Source: Smithellaceae bacterium | Lineage (GTDB): Bacteria > Desulfobacterota > Syntrophia > Syntrophales > Smithellaceae | Assembly (NCBI GenBank): GCA_963667845.2 | Contig: CAXXVL010000002.1 | Location: 2,912,001 to 2,976,000 of the forward strand | Length of the DNA stretch: 64,000 nucleotides | Reading direction: 5' to 3' | Shown here: piece by piece, positions 32,631 to 41,734 of the stretch | Position numbering within the stretch: the first letter of the stretch is position 1 | How the letters are laid out: every line of letters begins with the position of its first letter | Program-made: the position numbers and the translations under genes | The notes under the pieces: model-generated | Seen by the model: only the letters and a program-made list of their open reading frames with translations | Told to the model about the DNA's origin: nothing | The model's database searches: none

Positions 32631-33128
32631 ATGATGAGCGAAAATCGAATCAAAATAGGCGTGCTGTCCGATACGCATATATCCGGTTTTGATAAGAACT
32701 TAAAAAAAATTATTGATTTGCATTTTTCTGACGTCAATTTGATTTTTCATGCCGGAGATTTAATTGACTTATGCGTCCTGGATCTCTTCGGCGATAAGGA
32801 GGTCAAAGCGGTTTACGGCAATATGGACAATGCGCGGGTAAAAGAAGCACTGCCCGAACAGCTGCTGATGGACATCAAGGGATTCAGGATCGGCCTGATT
32901 CATGGTTGGGGCAGTCCTGCCGGGCTGGAAAGGAAATTGGCGGATAAATTGGGCAGACCGGATTGCATCGTTTTCGGCCATACCCATTATCCGGTGAGTA
33001 AGATCATCGATGGCATTTTGTTTTTCAATCCGGGTTCGGCAGTGGATAAGCGCTTTGCGGCATCAAAGACTGTCGGAATTCTGGAAATCGGGAAAGATAT
33101 AACGGGCAGGATCGTTCCCGTATCATAG
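32631..33128 (+). CDS. YfcE/MJ0936-family metallophosphoesterase
   Basis: SDTH, HAGD, GNMD, HGW, GHTH, NPGS. Confidence 0.92.
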   Translation: MMSENRIKIGVLSDTHISGFDKNLKKIIDLHFSDVNLIFHAGDLIDLCVLDLFGDKEVKAVYGNMDNARVKEALPEQLLMDIKGFRIGLIHGWGSPAGLERKLADKLGRPDCIVFGHTHYPVSKIIDGILFFNPGSAVDKRFAASKTVGILEIGKDITGRIVPVS

Positions 33129-33159
33129 AGTAATTGCGCGAATCACAGGTATTGAGACT

Positions 33160-33654
33160 ATGGATGTAATGTTTGCACCGTGGCGGATGGAGTATCTTTT
33201 GGGCGGAAAAGGTGAAGGGTGTGTGTTTTGTAAATGTTCTATCCGTTGTGATGAATTTATCGTCTTTGAAGGAAAAACATGTTTCGTCATGCTGAACCGG
33301 TTTCCATATGTCAACGGGCATTTGATGATCATTCCGCAGCGGCATCTGGGAGATATTGAAGAGTTGACATCTGAAGAACGCATGGAAATGTTCAATTTAC
33401 TGGATACGTCGGTCAAAGTGTTGAGAGAAGCCATGCAGCCGCAGGGATTCAATGTCGGAATGAATTTAGGAAAAGCTGCCGGGGCGGGCATTGAAGAACA
33501 TGTTCATCTTCACGTCATGCCCCGTTGGGAGGGAGATACAAATTTTATCAGTGTCGTCGGCAATGTTCGGATTATCCCGGAAGACCTGGCAACCACCACG
33601 GCCAAGCTGGCGCCCCTTTTTAAAAAACATGTTCAGGAGGGTTCAACGCGATGA
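33160..33654 (+). CDS. HIT-family nucleotide hydrolase/phosphorylase (Ap4A phosphorylase-like)
   Basis: APWRMEY, CVFC, LNRFPY..GHLM, AGAGIEEHVHLHVMPRW.GD.NF. Confidence 0.9.
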   Translation: MDVMFAPWRMEYLLGGKGEGCVFCKCSIRCDEFIVFEGKTCFVMLNRFPYVNGHLMIIPQRHLGDIEELTSEERMEMFNLLDTSVKVLREAMQPQGFNVGMNLGKAAGAGIEEHVHLHVMPRWEGDTNFISVVGNVRIIPEDLATTTAKLAPLFKKHVQEGSTR

Positions 33655-33971
33655 AAATATTCTATCTAATTCTCACTATCCTCTTTGCTTTTTTTATAGT
33701 TACTTTTTCGCAGTTCAATACCGCGCCTGTGACGATCAAATATTACTACGTACATGATATCGTTGTTCCGGCGTATATGCTTATTTTCGTTGCCCTGTTG
33801 GTAGGCGTCATCATTACGGGATTGCTGGGAGTTGTGGAAAGATTTCGCCTGAACCGTTCAATCAGCCGCCTGAACAAAACAATCAGAGATTTGCGCAAAG
33901 AACTGAGGGATAATGAAGCACCGCCGATGCTTGAAGATCGCAAGAAGGTATCCATTCCTCCCTCATCATGA
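33651..33971 (+). CDS. LapA/DUF1049-like membrane protein
   Basis: Two TM segments with F..QN-like motif (FSQFN) and C-terminal coiled coil. Confidence 0.65.
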   Translation: MKIFYLILTILFAFFIVTFSQFNTAPVTIKYYYVHDIVVPAYMLIFVALLVGVIITGLLGVVERFRLNRSISRLNKTIRDLRKELRDNEAPPMLEDRKKVSIPPSS

Positions 33972-34450
33972 ACAGCGACCCCAGATTCATCACGGACGCC
34001 TCATTGGCTGGACTTGCCAGATGGCTCAGGCTTCTGGGATTTGACAGTCTTGTTTACGGCAGTGAAGCCGGCCGGCCGATGATGCGTCAGGCCCAAACGC
34101 AACAACGAATTCTCCTGACCAGAAGGCGGGACCTGCTGGAGCGGCAATTCGCGGGAGAGATGCTTCTTCTGCCGGAGGGTCATGTAAGCTCTCAACTCTG
34201 TTTTGTGATCCATAAACTGTCTTTAAAAATTACCGAGCATAAAATGTACACGCGCTGTCTGGGGTGCAATGAAACGCTTGATTCCATGGATAAGACAGAC
34301 GCGCGAGACCTGGTGCCCCAATTCGTCTATGAAACTTGCGACCACTTTAATCAATGCAAGAGATGCCGTAAAGTATACTGGCCGGGATCACACGCGCGCA
34401 ACGCCCTGGGCTTTCTGGAAAAAAATAAGATCACCATTCACAGGGACTGA
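33968..34450 (+). CDS. Mut7-C RNase domain protein (DUF82)
   Basis: FITDASLAGLARWLRLLGFD, RILLTR, TRC..CN, C..C.KVYWPGSH. Confidence 0.88.
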   Translation: MNSDPRFITDASLAGLARWLRLLGFDSLVYGSEAGRPMMRQAQTQQRILLTRRRDLLERQFAGEMLLLPEGHVSSQLCFVIHKLSLKITEHKMYTRCLGCNETLDSMDKTDARDLVPQFVYETCDHFNQCKRCRKVYWPGSHARNALGFLEKNKITIHRD

Positions 34451-34501
34451 TGAAGGCAGGGAACGATCGCTTCGGGGCTGTCCCATTAAACCGAGCGTTC
34501 C

Positions 34502-34996
34502 CTACGGAGATACTGCACAGTCGCGGTCATCGCCCTTGATTTTTTCGATGGCGTGTTGAAGTGCCGGTAAAACGGCGGTGAGGTTTTCCTTGGCGCCCTT
34601 GGGGCTTCCGGGGAGGTTGATGATCAGAGAGTGGCCGCGAATACCGGCGACTGCGCGGGATATCATGGCATGCGGCGTTATTTTCATGCTGGCGTAACGC
34701 ATGGCCTCGGCCATACCGGGTATGGCTTTGTCAATGACTTGCAGCGTGGCGTCCGGCGTCAGATCACGAGGGCTGACGCCTGTTCCGCCGGTTGTTAATA
34801 TCAGATCCAGGTGATCAGCATCGGCAAACTTGATGATGGCTTGCGATATTTGATCGATTTCGTCGGGGACGATGAGCGTCTTTGTGACTTGAATAGCGGC
34901 GCCCGCCAGCATTTCTGCGATGGCGGGCCCGCTTTTGTCTTCCCGTTTGCCCTGCGAGCCTTTATCGCTCACTGTGATGATTCCGGCTGAAAGCAT
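34502..34996 (-). CDS. mog: Molybdopterin adenylyltransferase (MogA/MoaB family)
   Basis: ITVSD, REDKSG, TTGGTGVSPRDLTPDAT, SRAVAG, NLPGSP. Confidence 0.9.
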   Translation of the reverse strand: MLSAGIITVSDKGSQGKREDKSGPAIAEMLAGAAIQVTKTLIVPDEIDQISQAIIKFADADHLDLILTTGGTGVSPRDLTPDATLQVIDKAIPGMAEAMRYASMKITPHAMISRAVAGIRGHSLIINLPGSPKGAKENLTAVLPALQHAIEKIKGDDRDCAVSP

Positions 34997-35002
34997 TTGC
35001 GA

Positions 35003-37084
35003 TTAATCTTCCGCTTCTTTCTTCGACTCGGCAATAATTTTATCCGCGATGTAGGAGGGGACTTCCTCATAATGCGACTCGGTATACGTAAAGTTCCCGC
35101 GCCCGCTGGTCATGGAACGCAGATCGGGCGCATATTTTAGTATTTCCGCAAGAGGTACCTGACCCTTGATGACCTGGTTCGTCCCATTGGTATCCATGCC
35201 CAGAACTCGGCCCCGGCGGCTGTTGAGATCGCCGATCACATCACCCATGTATTCATCCGGAACCTCGATAGCGATGTTGACGATGGGTTCCAGCAGAATT
35301 GGCTGACATTCCATAACGCCTTTCTGGAAGGCCATCGATCCGGCGATTTTAAATGCCATTTCCGACGAATCTACGGTATGATAGGAGCCGAAAACCAGCG
35401 ATATTCTGAAATCTACCACCGGATAGCCTGCGATAACGCCTTTAGCGGCTGCTTCCTGAATGCCTTTGTCTACGGCCGGGCGGTATTGCCCGGGAATAAC
35501 CCCGCCGACGATTTTATCCAGGAATTCATAGCCTCCGCCGCGCGGCATGGGTTCTATGTCGATCGTACAGTCACCAAACTGGCCGCGTCCACCGGACTGT
35601 TTCTTGTATCGCCCCTGGACGTTGGTTTTTCCTTTAATGGTTTCAAAGTAGGGAACCTTCGGTGTGTTCAGATTGACTTCGACGCCGAATTTTCTTTTCA
35701 TTTTTTCCACGTTGACTTCAATATGCACCTGACCCATGCCCGAAAGAATCATTTCCTTCGTCTGGACATTGCGGGAGAATACGATGGTTGGGTCTTCTTC
35801 CGTCAGCCGGTGAATAGAGGATGCGATCTTGTCTTCATCGCCTCGGGATTTCGGTTCGACGGCGAAAGACATAATTGGAGGAGGTACGGCCACTTTTTCA
35901 AAAATTATGGGATTCTTCTCAGCGCATAAGGTGTCACCGGTGACGGTTTCCTTTAACTTGGCGACGCCGGCAATATCACCGGGGACGAGTACGTCTGCCT
36001 GTTTCTGATTTTTACCTTCCAGATAAAAGATGTGCCCGAATTTTTCCGTAATTTTTTTCGAAGCGTTATAGACGGCAGAATCGGAATTGAGTTTTCCGGA
36101 ATAAACCCGGAATAAGGTTAACCGCCCCGCGTAAGGGTCGGCAATGGTCTTGAAAACAATTGCCGAGAAAGGTTCATCTTCAGACGGTTTTCGCTCTTCA
36201 GTCGTGTCCGTTCCCGGCTTCTTACCCTTAATCGGTCCGCGATCAACCGGTGACGCAAAGGAAGCGACTGCCAGGTCCATCAGCATGCTGACGCCGATGC
36301 CTTTCACGGCTGAACCGCAAATGACGGGGATCAGGCTTCCCGATATGACGCCCTTTCTCAAACCGGATTTGAGTTCGTCGGCCGAAAGTTCGCCGGCTTC
36401 CAGGTACTTGTTCATCAGTTCGTCATCAGCTTCGGCGATATCTTCGACCATTGAACTGTGCATAAGGTTGGCTTCCTCCAGCAGATCCGCAGGAATATCG
36501 GAAACCTTGCCGATGCCCTTATTGTCAGCAAAGATGTAAGCCTTCATGGTGATCAGATCAATAATGCCCTGGAATTTATCTTCTGCTCCAATCGGCAGAC
36601 AGACCGGGGTGGCTTTTTTCTTGAGTTTTGATTTGATGCTGTCGAGCACCTTGTTGAAATCCGCCCGCTCACGGTCCATCCGGTTGATGAAAATCATTCG
36701 AGGAAGGGCATACTGATTGGCCATATCCCAGACTTTTTGCGTCTGGAATTCAACACCGCCCACGGAGTCGATGACGACGACCGTATTGTCGACAATGCTC
36801 ATCGAGCACTGAATATCAAAGGTAAAATTGGAGTCGCCCGGCGTATCCACGATATTGATTTTATGCTTGTCCCATTCGACAAAGTTGGCCGCGGAGGAAA
36901 TGGATACATGCTTCTTCTGCTCCTCCGGTTCGTAGTCCATAGTGGACGTGCCGTCGTCCACGCGTCCCAGCCGTTCATTTTTCCCGGAAACAAATAAAAG
37001 AGATTCACAAAGAGAGGTTTTACCGGTGCCACCGTGGCCGATGACGGCCAGATTTCTGAGCATTTTGGATTCGTACTTTGCCAT
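35003..37084 (-). CDS. fusA: Elongation factor G-like protein (EF-G II type, divergent GTPase motifs)
   Basis: Full EF-G architecture (KKQSGGRGQFG, YHTVDSSEMAF); G1 GHGGTGKT, switch I lacks RGITI, G3 DTPGD. Confidence 0.9.
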   Translation of the reverse strand: MAKYESKMLRNLAVIGHGGTGKTSLCESLLFVSGKNERLGRVDDGTSTMDYEPEEQKKHVSISSAANFVEWDKHKINIVDTPGDSNFTFDIQCSMSIVDNTVVVIDSVGGVEFQTQKVWDMANQYALPRMIFINRMDRERADFNKVLDSIKSKLKKKATPVCLPIGAEDKFQGIIDLITMKAYIFADNKGIGKVSDIPADLLEEANLMHSSMVEDIAEADDELMNKYLEAGELSADELKSGLRKGVISGSLIPVICGSAVKGIGVSMLMDLAVASFASPVDRGPIKGKKPGTDTTEERKPSEDEPFSAIVFKTIADPYAGRLTLFRVYSGKLNSDSAVYNASKKITEKFGHIFYLEGKNQKQADVLVPGDIAGVAKLKETVTGDTLCAEKNPIIFEKVAVPPPIMSFAVEPKSRGDEDKIASSIHRLTEEDPTIVFSRNVQTKEMILSGMGQVHIEVNVEKMKRKFGVEVNLNTPKVPYFETIKGKTNVQGRYKKQSGGRGQFGDCTIDIEPMPRGGGYEFLDKIVGGVIPGQYRPAVDKGIQEAAAKGVIAGYPVVDFRISLVFGSYHTVDSSEMAFKIAGSMAFQKGVMECQPILLEPIVNIAIEVPDEYMGDVIGDLNSRRGRVLGMDTNGTNQVIKGQVPLAEILKYAPDLRSMTSGRGNFTYTESHYEEVPSYIADKIIAESKKEAED

Positions 37085-37260
37085 GAAAACTCCTTTCCAT
37101 ATCTCAACAAGATCCTCAAAAGATCTGATGAAACGGTCATTCAGAATGCGGGGATGTTTAGCCTATCCGGCAACTAAAATCAAGATAATTTTAAACTTCT
37201 GACGATTCGTGAAGCTTTATTCGAGCCGCCGATATCAGTTTGCAAAGGGACGAACCTCTT

Positions 37261-38958
37261 TCATTTTTTCAGCAGATTGTTTTCACCCAGCTTCAAAGGA
37301 TAAACAACTGAGAAAATGCAGAGAAACAGAGCAAAAGCAAAGGAAAGAATGAACCACACCATCTGCAGCCAGGAAAAGCCGTAACCCTGCAGTCTGGACA
37401 TGAAGATTTTATAGACCGGTCCCGCTTCCAGAATGATAACCAGGGCAATCAGACCAAAGCTGAGAATCATGAAAAGAACGCCTCCGAAACTGGTTGCCGT
37501 CAGAGCCGGATTCTCTGATTTGAAATCGGGATAGCGGGCGCCCAGACCTATCGCAAGTCCGACGATAGCCGGTACAAGAAAAAATATGGTCACAACCGAC
37601 AAAAACATCATGAAGGGCGTGACGCCGAGCAGGATGTTCGATGCGACGATCAGCGTTTCCGAGAGAATGAGCAGCGGAACATAGTAGAGGAAGAATTTAA
37701 TCCAGAGGAATGTTTTGATAGAAACGGGAGCAGCCTGAATAATCCAGAAAGCTTCCCCTTCCATACTGACGGCGGGAAAGACAAACCGCGCGGCAATGGC
37801 TGAAAGGACGAAGGCCGCCAGCCCGACATTAAGAAAGGAAAAGACATTTTGAAGATAAACCGTCTTGATGGGGGATTTGTCCAGGGGCAAAACAGAAAAG
37901 TTGTAAAGATAAATAATAATCAATGCGCAGATTAGAAACAATTGCGGCCATTGCGTTGAATCCCGGAAGAAGGATCGAATCTCTTTTATGGCGAAGGCTT
38001 TTGCCGGACGTGACAGAAAATTCAAAAATCCCTCCCAGCTACGGCCGCGAAACTTCACCGGCGCAAAAAGTCTTTTGGCGGTTGTCTGCGAGCGTGAGAA
38101 ACCACGGAAATAGATCGCATTTGCAGTGATTTCATTTATAAAGAGCAACGAAAAAAAGCAGCTTGTCGAAAGTGCCAGGTTAAAAAGCGAATGACTCCAT
38201 TGACTTTTCAGCGCAAAGCGCAGTGCATCCGTAATCCAGGTCGTAGGTAATAGCGGCCAATTGAATGCCTGCATGGAATTGAGATAAAGGACGACAGAGG
38301 CGAAGCTGTCGGGGTCGACGAGCTGTTCCGGTCGGATCATCCTCAGAACAATGATCAGCAAAATCGCCAGTACAACGCCCAGGATAACAAACAAAGTACG
38401 AATTTTTCCTGCAGGCAGCAAAGCAGCGCCAATTAAGACAATAAGGCTGCTGATCGCCGAAGCAATGAGACACAGGCATACGACGGCTGCCGGTGCGATC
38501 AGATAAAAAAAGAAGCCGGGTTTATAAACAAGGCCGTAAGACAAGAAAACGGGGAGACTGAAAGCGATCACCATCCATGATGAGTCGAAGGCGCTCGAAA
38601 GCCACCGGGAAAGAAAGATATCCTTATTGCCGACCGGCAGCGAATGCAGCAATGATAAATCGCGACTCAAATACAGGTGAGACAGGCTGTTGATGATGCC
38701 GCTGAAAAGCAACAGCGTGAAAAAGGTGATGATCATCATGGAAAGAAGTTTCATCGCCAGAATATCGCCAAAATCCTGGACGCTTTGAAAATAGGTCAGG
38801 ACGCGGTAGAAGATGAGAAAAGCACCAATCCAGAAAACCAGGCCGATTAATGTGAAAAGATAAAGTCGTGTCCGGCGATTGTCATGCGCGCCCGTTTTCA
38901 GCCCATTTCTAGCGGACAGCAGGCGCGGTCTCAATAGTGTCGTCAGGGTGCTTGTCAT
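37261..38958 (-). CDS. Putative ABC transporter permease (large multi-TM exporter subunit)
   Basis: 565-aa polytopic membrane protein (DLSLLHSLPV, PAVSMEG) directly after an ABC ATPase. Confidence 0.8.
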   Translation of the reverse strand: MTSTLTTLLRPRLLSARNGLKTGAHDNRRTRLYLFTLIGLVFWIGAFLIFYRVLTYFQSVQDFGDILAMKLLSMMIITFFTLLLFSGIINSLSHLYLSRDLSLLHSLPVGNKDIFLSRWLSSAFDSSWMVIAFSLPVFLSYGLVYKPGFFFYLIAPAAVVCLCLIASAISSLIVLIGAALLPAGKIRTLFVILGVVLAILLIIVLRMIRPEQLVDPDSFASVVLYLNSMQAFNWPLLPTTWITDALRFALKSQWSHSLFNLALSTSCFFSLLFINEITANAIYFRGFSRSQTTAKRLFAPVKFRGRSWEGFLNFLSRPAKAFAIKEIRSFFRDSTQWPQLFLICALIIIYLYNFSVLPLDKSPIKTVYLQNVFSFLNVGLAAFVLSAIAARFVFPAVSMEGEAFWIIQAAPVSIKTFLWIKFFLYYVPLLILSETLIVASNILLGVTPFMMFLSVVTIFFLVPAIVGLAIGLGARYPDFKSENPALTATSFGGVLFMILSFGLIALVIILEAGPVYKIFMSRLQGYGFSWLQMVWFILSFAFALFLCIFSVVYPLKLGENNLLKK

Positions 38959-38961
38959 GAG

Positions 38962-39687
38962 TTAAGCTTCCCGAACCAGCGTCAAGAATACGTCTTCCAG
39001 TGCGGCCTCTCCCGTTTTAGCGGCAATATTCAGTTCGGAGACCGTTCCCTGCGCCAAAAGTGTGCCTTTGTGAATGACTCCGATTCTATCGCACAAATCC
39101 TCGGCGAGGCTCAGCGTGTGAGTGGAGACAAAGATGGTCACATTTTTCACGGCAAGTCCCTTTAAAATATCTTTGACCATACGCACGGCTTCGGGGTCAA
39201 GGCCAACCATCGGCTCGTCAATAATCATCACTTTGGGATCGTGAAGCAGCGCCGCAACAATAATCAATCTTTGTTTCATGCCGTGCGAATAAGCCTCGAT
39301 GATTTCATCGGCCCATTCCCAGAGCGCGAATTGTCTCAGCAGTTCTTCAGATCTGCGCAACAGGCATCGGGCATCGACATTATATAAATCTCCAATAAAC
39401 TTAAGAAATTCCATGCCGGTCAGCTTTTCATACAAGAAGGGTCTGTCCGGAACAAACCCGATAATCTTTTTTGCCGAGACGGGGTCTTTTTGAACATCGA
39501 TTCCAGCCACGGTAATTTGTCCGGCTGTCGGTTTTATAATGCCGCCCATCATTCGTATTGTTGTGGTTTTGCCGGCGCCGTTCGGGCCGATAAATCCATA
39601 AATCTCGCCTGCGGCCACCTCTAAATCCAGATGGTTAACGGCGAGCGTTGTTCCAAAATCTTTTGACAGATTGGTGAGTTTAATCAT
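38962..39687 (-). CDS. ABC transporter ATP-binding protein
   Basis: GPNGAGKTT, YSHGMKQR, IIDEP, H-loop; start MIKLTNL at 39687. Confidence 0.95.
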   Translation of the reverse strand: MIKLTNLSKDFGTTLAVNHLDLEVAAGEIYGFIGPNGAGKTTTIRMMGGIIKPTAGQITVAGIDVQKDPVSAKKIIGFVPDRPFLYEKLTGMEFLKFIGDLYNVDARCLLRRSEELLRQFALWEWADEIIEAYSHGMKQRLIIVAALLHDPKVMIIDEPMVGLDPEAVRMVKDILKGLAVKNVTIFVSTHTLSLAEDLCDRIGVIHKGTLLAQGTVSELNIAAKTGEAALEDVFLTLVREA

Positions 39688-41149
39688 TTCTGATGGATAT
39701 AACCTCCAATTTGATTTTTCCCATAAGGCCGAGTAAATCCAATTGTTCGGCGCCTTCGCCGCGGACGAGACGAAGATGTGTGACATCAGCCGGAATCTGA
39801 TTGAATACAGTATCCACAGTAACCCATTGGCCGATGTAAGCCAGATTCCAGGCATGATAATAAAAACGTCCGTTCAAATAGAGAAGCCCCATCTCGATCT
39901 GCGTGGGAATGCCCGCGGCACGCAGCAGCGCGGCGGTTAAAACTGCATGCTCATTGCAGTCGCCCATCTTGTTTTTCAGGACCTCCAAGGCATTGGGAAC
40001 AGATAGAACGGGTTTTTTTTCCAGAGTGCGATATACCCATTGAACAATTTTTCGCAGTCTGACTTGTGAGTTGTCCGCAGGGAGAATAATTTTTTTAACC
40101 TGCGCCGTAATTTTCGCGTCATCGGATTGAATAAGGGGTGATGGCTGCAAATACTTCTGAAAAACCGGCGGCACTGCCGCTTCTTGCGTTGTAGTGGAGA
40201 GGGATTCCTTGGTAATCGTCAATATATTTTGATCAAAAGTCTGCCTTCCGCCCTGAAGCAAGAGGCCCTGACTGCGGATACCGCTAATTCTGATTACGAT
40301 CGCCGTCAGTTTTGACGGTTCGGGGATTATAAGATTTGACGGAATTGAGGCGATCTGCGTCATATCAGCAGCACCCTGGGGCGAGATTCCAATTCTTGCC
40401 TGCTCGGCATTTACTTTTTCCATGGAAAGACCCAGTATCCCGCTTTCCCTTAATACTTCCCCGTCACTTGCAAGCCAGGCGCAATTCTTCGCTCCCATAA
40501 AATCGGCGCAGAGTTTTTGTGTCAGCACGCGCTTTCCCATGATGGGGATTATCTCATCGGCATTGCGAGTGACGGATACTTTGCGGATGCCGAGTGTCGA
40601 CGGATCAAAGATGCTGAAATCACGTGTTACAGATTTTTCGAGTCCGCCGCGAAATGCGGCCTCATAAATATTACCGCTGATATGAGGAATATCCTTAATC
40701 GGAATGATGGTCTTTTGTTCAGAAGGTGGAAGACCTGTAAATAGAATGAGTTTATTTTTGCTTACGTAGCCGCGGGCATTGAAGTGAAATAAACTGGAAT
40801 TCAGTTCAAAGTTAAATGAAGAGAATGTCATGTCGGGATTAAGATCTGATTCGGTAGCGATGCTCAATGCTTGTATAACCCCCATGGTATTGATCTGCAT
40901 GGAGACATTTTCTGAAGTTTGAAAATGGCCGTTATTTAACGGGTTGAATGTCCGATGGATCACGCCGATTTTTCTCTGATTTTGATAAATATTCATCCAG
41001 GATTCGGAAGGGTGCGTAATGGCTGTTCTTTGCTTTGCCGGTTGATCAAAGGCTTTTTCCTCAAATAATTCCAGACGCACGGCCAGTAGAATAATGAAAA
41101 TAATAATGATTACAATACCCCAGGCCGATTTCCATCTGATCTTTGTCAT
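39680..41149 (-). CDS. Membrane-anchored transglutaminase-like domain protein
   Basis: N-terminal TM; GDCNEHAVL..ALLRAAGIP (Cys), YHAW (His), W.TVD (Asp). Confidence 0.88.
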   Translation of the reverse strand: MTKIRWKSAWGIVIIIIFIILLAVRLELFEEKAFDQPAKQRTAITHPSESWMNIYQNQRKIGVIHRTFNPLNNGHFQTSENVSMQINTMGVIQALSIATESDLNPDMTFSSFNFELNSSLFHFNARGYVSKNKLILFTGLPPSEQKTIIPIKDIPHISGNIYEAAFRGGLEKSVTRDFSIFDPSTLGIRKVSVTRNADEIIPIMGKRVLTQKLCADFMGAKNCAWLASDGEVLRESGILGLSMEKVNAEQARIGISPQGAADMTQIASIPSNLIIPEPSKLTAIVIRISGIRSQGLLLQGGRQTFDQNILTITKESLSTTTQEAAVPPVFQKYLQPSPLIQSDDAKITAQVKKIILPADNSQVRLRKIVQWVYRTLEKKPVLSVPNALEVLKNKMGDCNEHAVLTAALLRAAGIPTQIEMGLLYLNGRFYYHAWNLAYIGQWVTVDTVFNQIPADVTHLRLVRGEGAEQLDLLGLMGKIKLEVISIRND

Positions 41150-41265
41150 CTTTACTTATCTTTCTGATATGTTTAAAATAATAGGATCACTACAAAGATT
41201 ATATAGAGGGGATTGATTCCGGTCAACTGACAGTATTGCAAGGGCCGAATATTTTAAAGAATAAC

Positions 41266-41294
41266 TTGACAAATTCGATACGTTGATATATGAA
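41266..41294 (+). promoter_or_regulatory. Putative sigma70 promoter upstream of the fusA leader
   Basis: TTGACA-17 bp-TATGAA. Confidence 0.45.
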
Positions 41295-41331
41295 ATCAAA
41301 TTCTTATTTCTAAGGCTCGATTACGGTGGAT

Positions 41332-41373
41332 CCCCCATCTGGCAGAGACTCTTCCAAATGCGGGGTTTTTTTT
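41332..41373 (+). terminator. Terminator-like hairpin in the fusA leader
   Basis: CCCCCATCTGG ... CCAAATGCGGGG imperfect stem followed by T8. Confidence 0.5.
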
Positions 41374-41389
41374 GTAGTGAGACCCGAGC

Positions 41390-41618
41390 TTCAGAAACGA
41401 AGTGCGCTGAAGCTCACCGGTCGAACTATCCCGTGAGCTAAAGCGAGCAGGGGTAGTGGGCACCTTCGTTTTCAGAAACGAAGTGCGCTGAAGCTCACCG
41501 GTCGAACTATCCCGTGAGCTAAAGCGAGCAGGGGTAGTGGGCACCTTCGTTTTCAGAAACGAAGTGCCCTGAAGCACGCTTACCGAACTATCCCGCGAGC
41601 AAAGCGAGTGGGGGTAGT
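41390..41618 (+). repeat. 81-bp tandem repeat (2 identical copies plus 1 diverged partial copy), palindrome-rich and REP/BIME-like
   Basis: Unit TTCAGAAACGAAGTGCGCTGAAGCTCACCGGTCGAACTATCCCGTGAGCTAAAGCGAGCAGGGGTAGTGGGCACCTTCGTT at 41390 and 41471; variant starts at 41552. Confidence 0.95.
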
Positions 41619-41734
41619 AAATACATTTGGCGAGAGCGACTTATATTAGAACGGGTAAGTAAACATTTTCATGAAAGCGCCAAACAGGAATTATTGAAAT
41701 ATTTATTGAGACAATTATTGGAGAGGAAAGTAAA

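Noticed and set aside
41290..41313. Leader peptide MKSNSYF* before the fusA terminator
   Set aside because: Its ATG lies inside the predicted -10 box and has no RBS; it would need an unidentified upstream promoter.
41296..41577. 93-aa minus-strand ORF with a repeated 27-aa peptide
   Set aside because: It is a by-product of the 81-bp (3n) repeat, with no convincing RBS or protein features.
41390..41618. CRISPR array interpretation of the 81-bp repeats
   Set aside because: The first two units are identical end to end with no unique spacers, and no cas genes are in the window.
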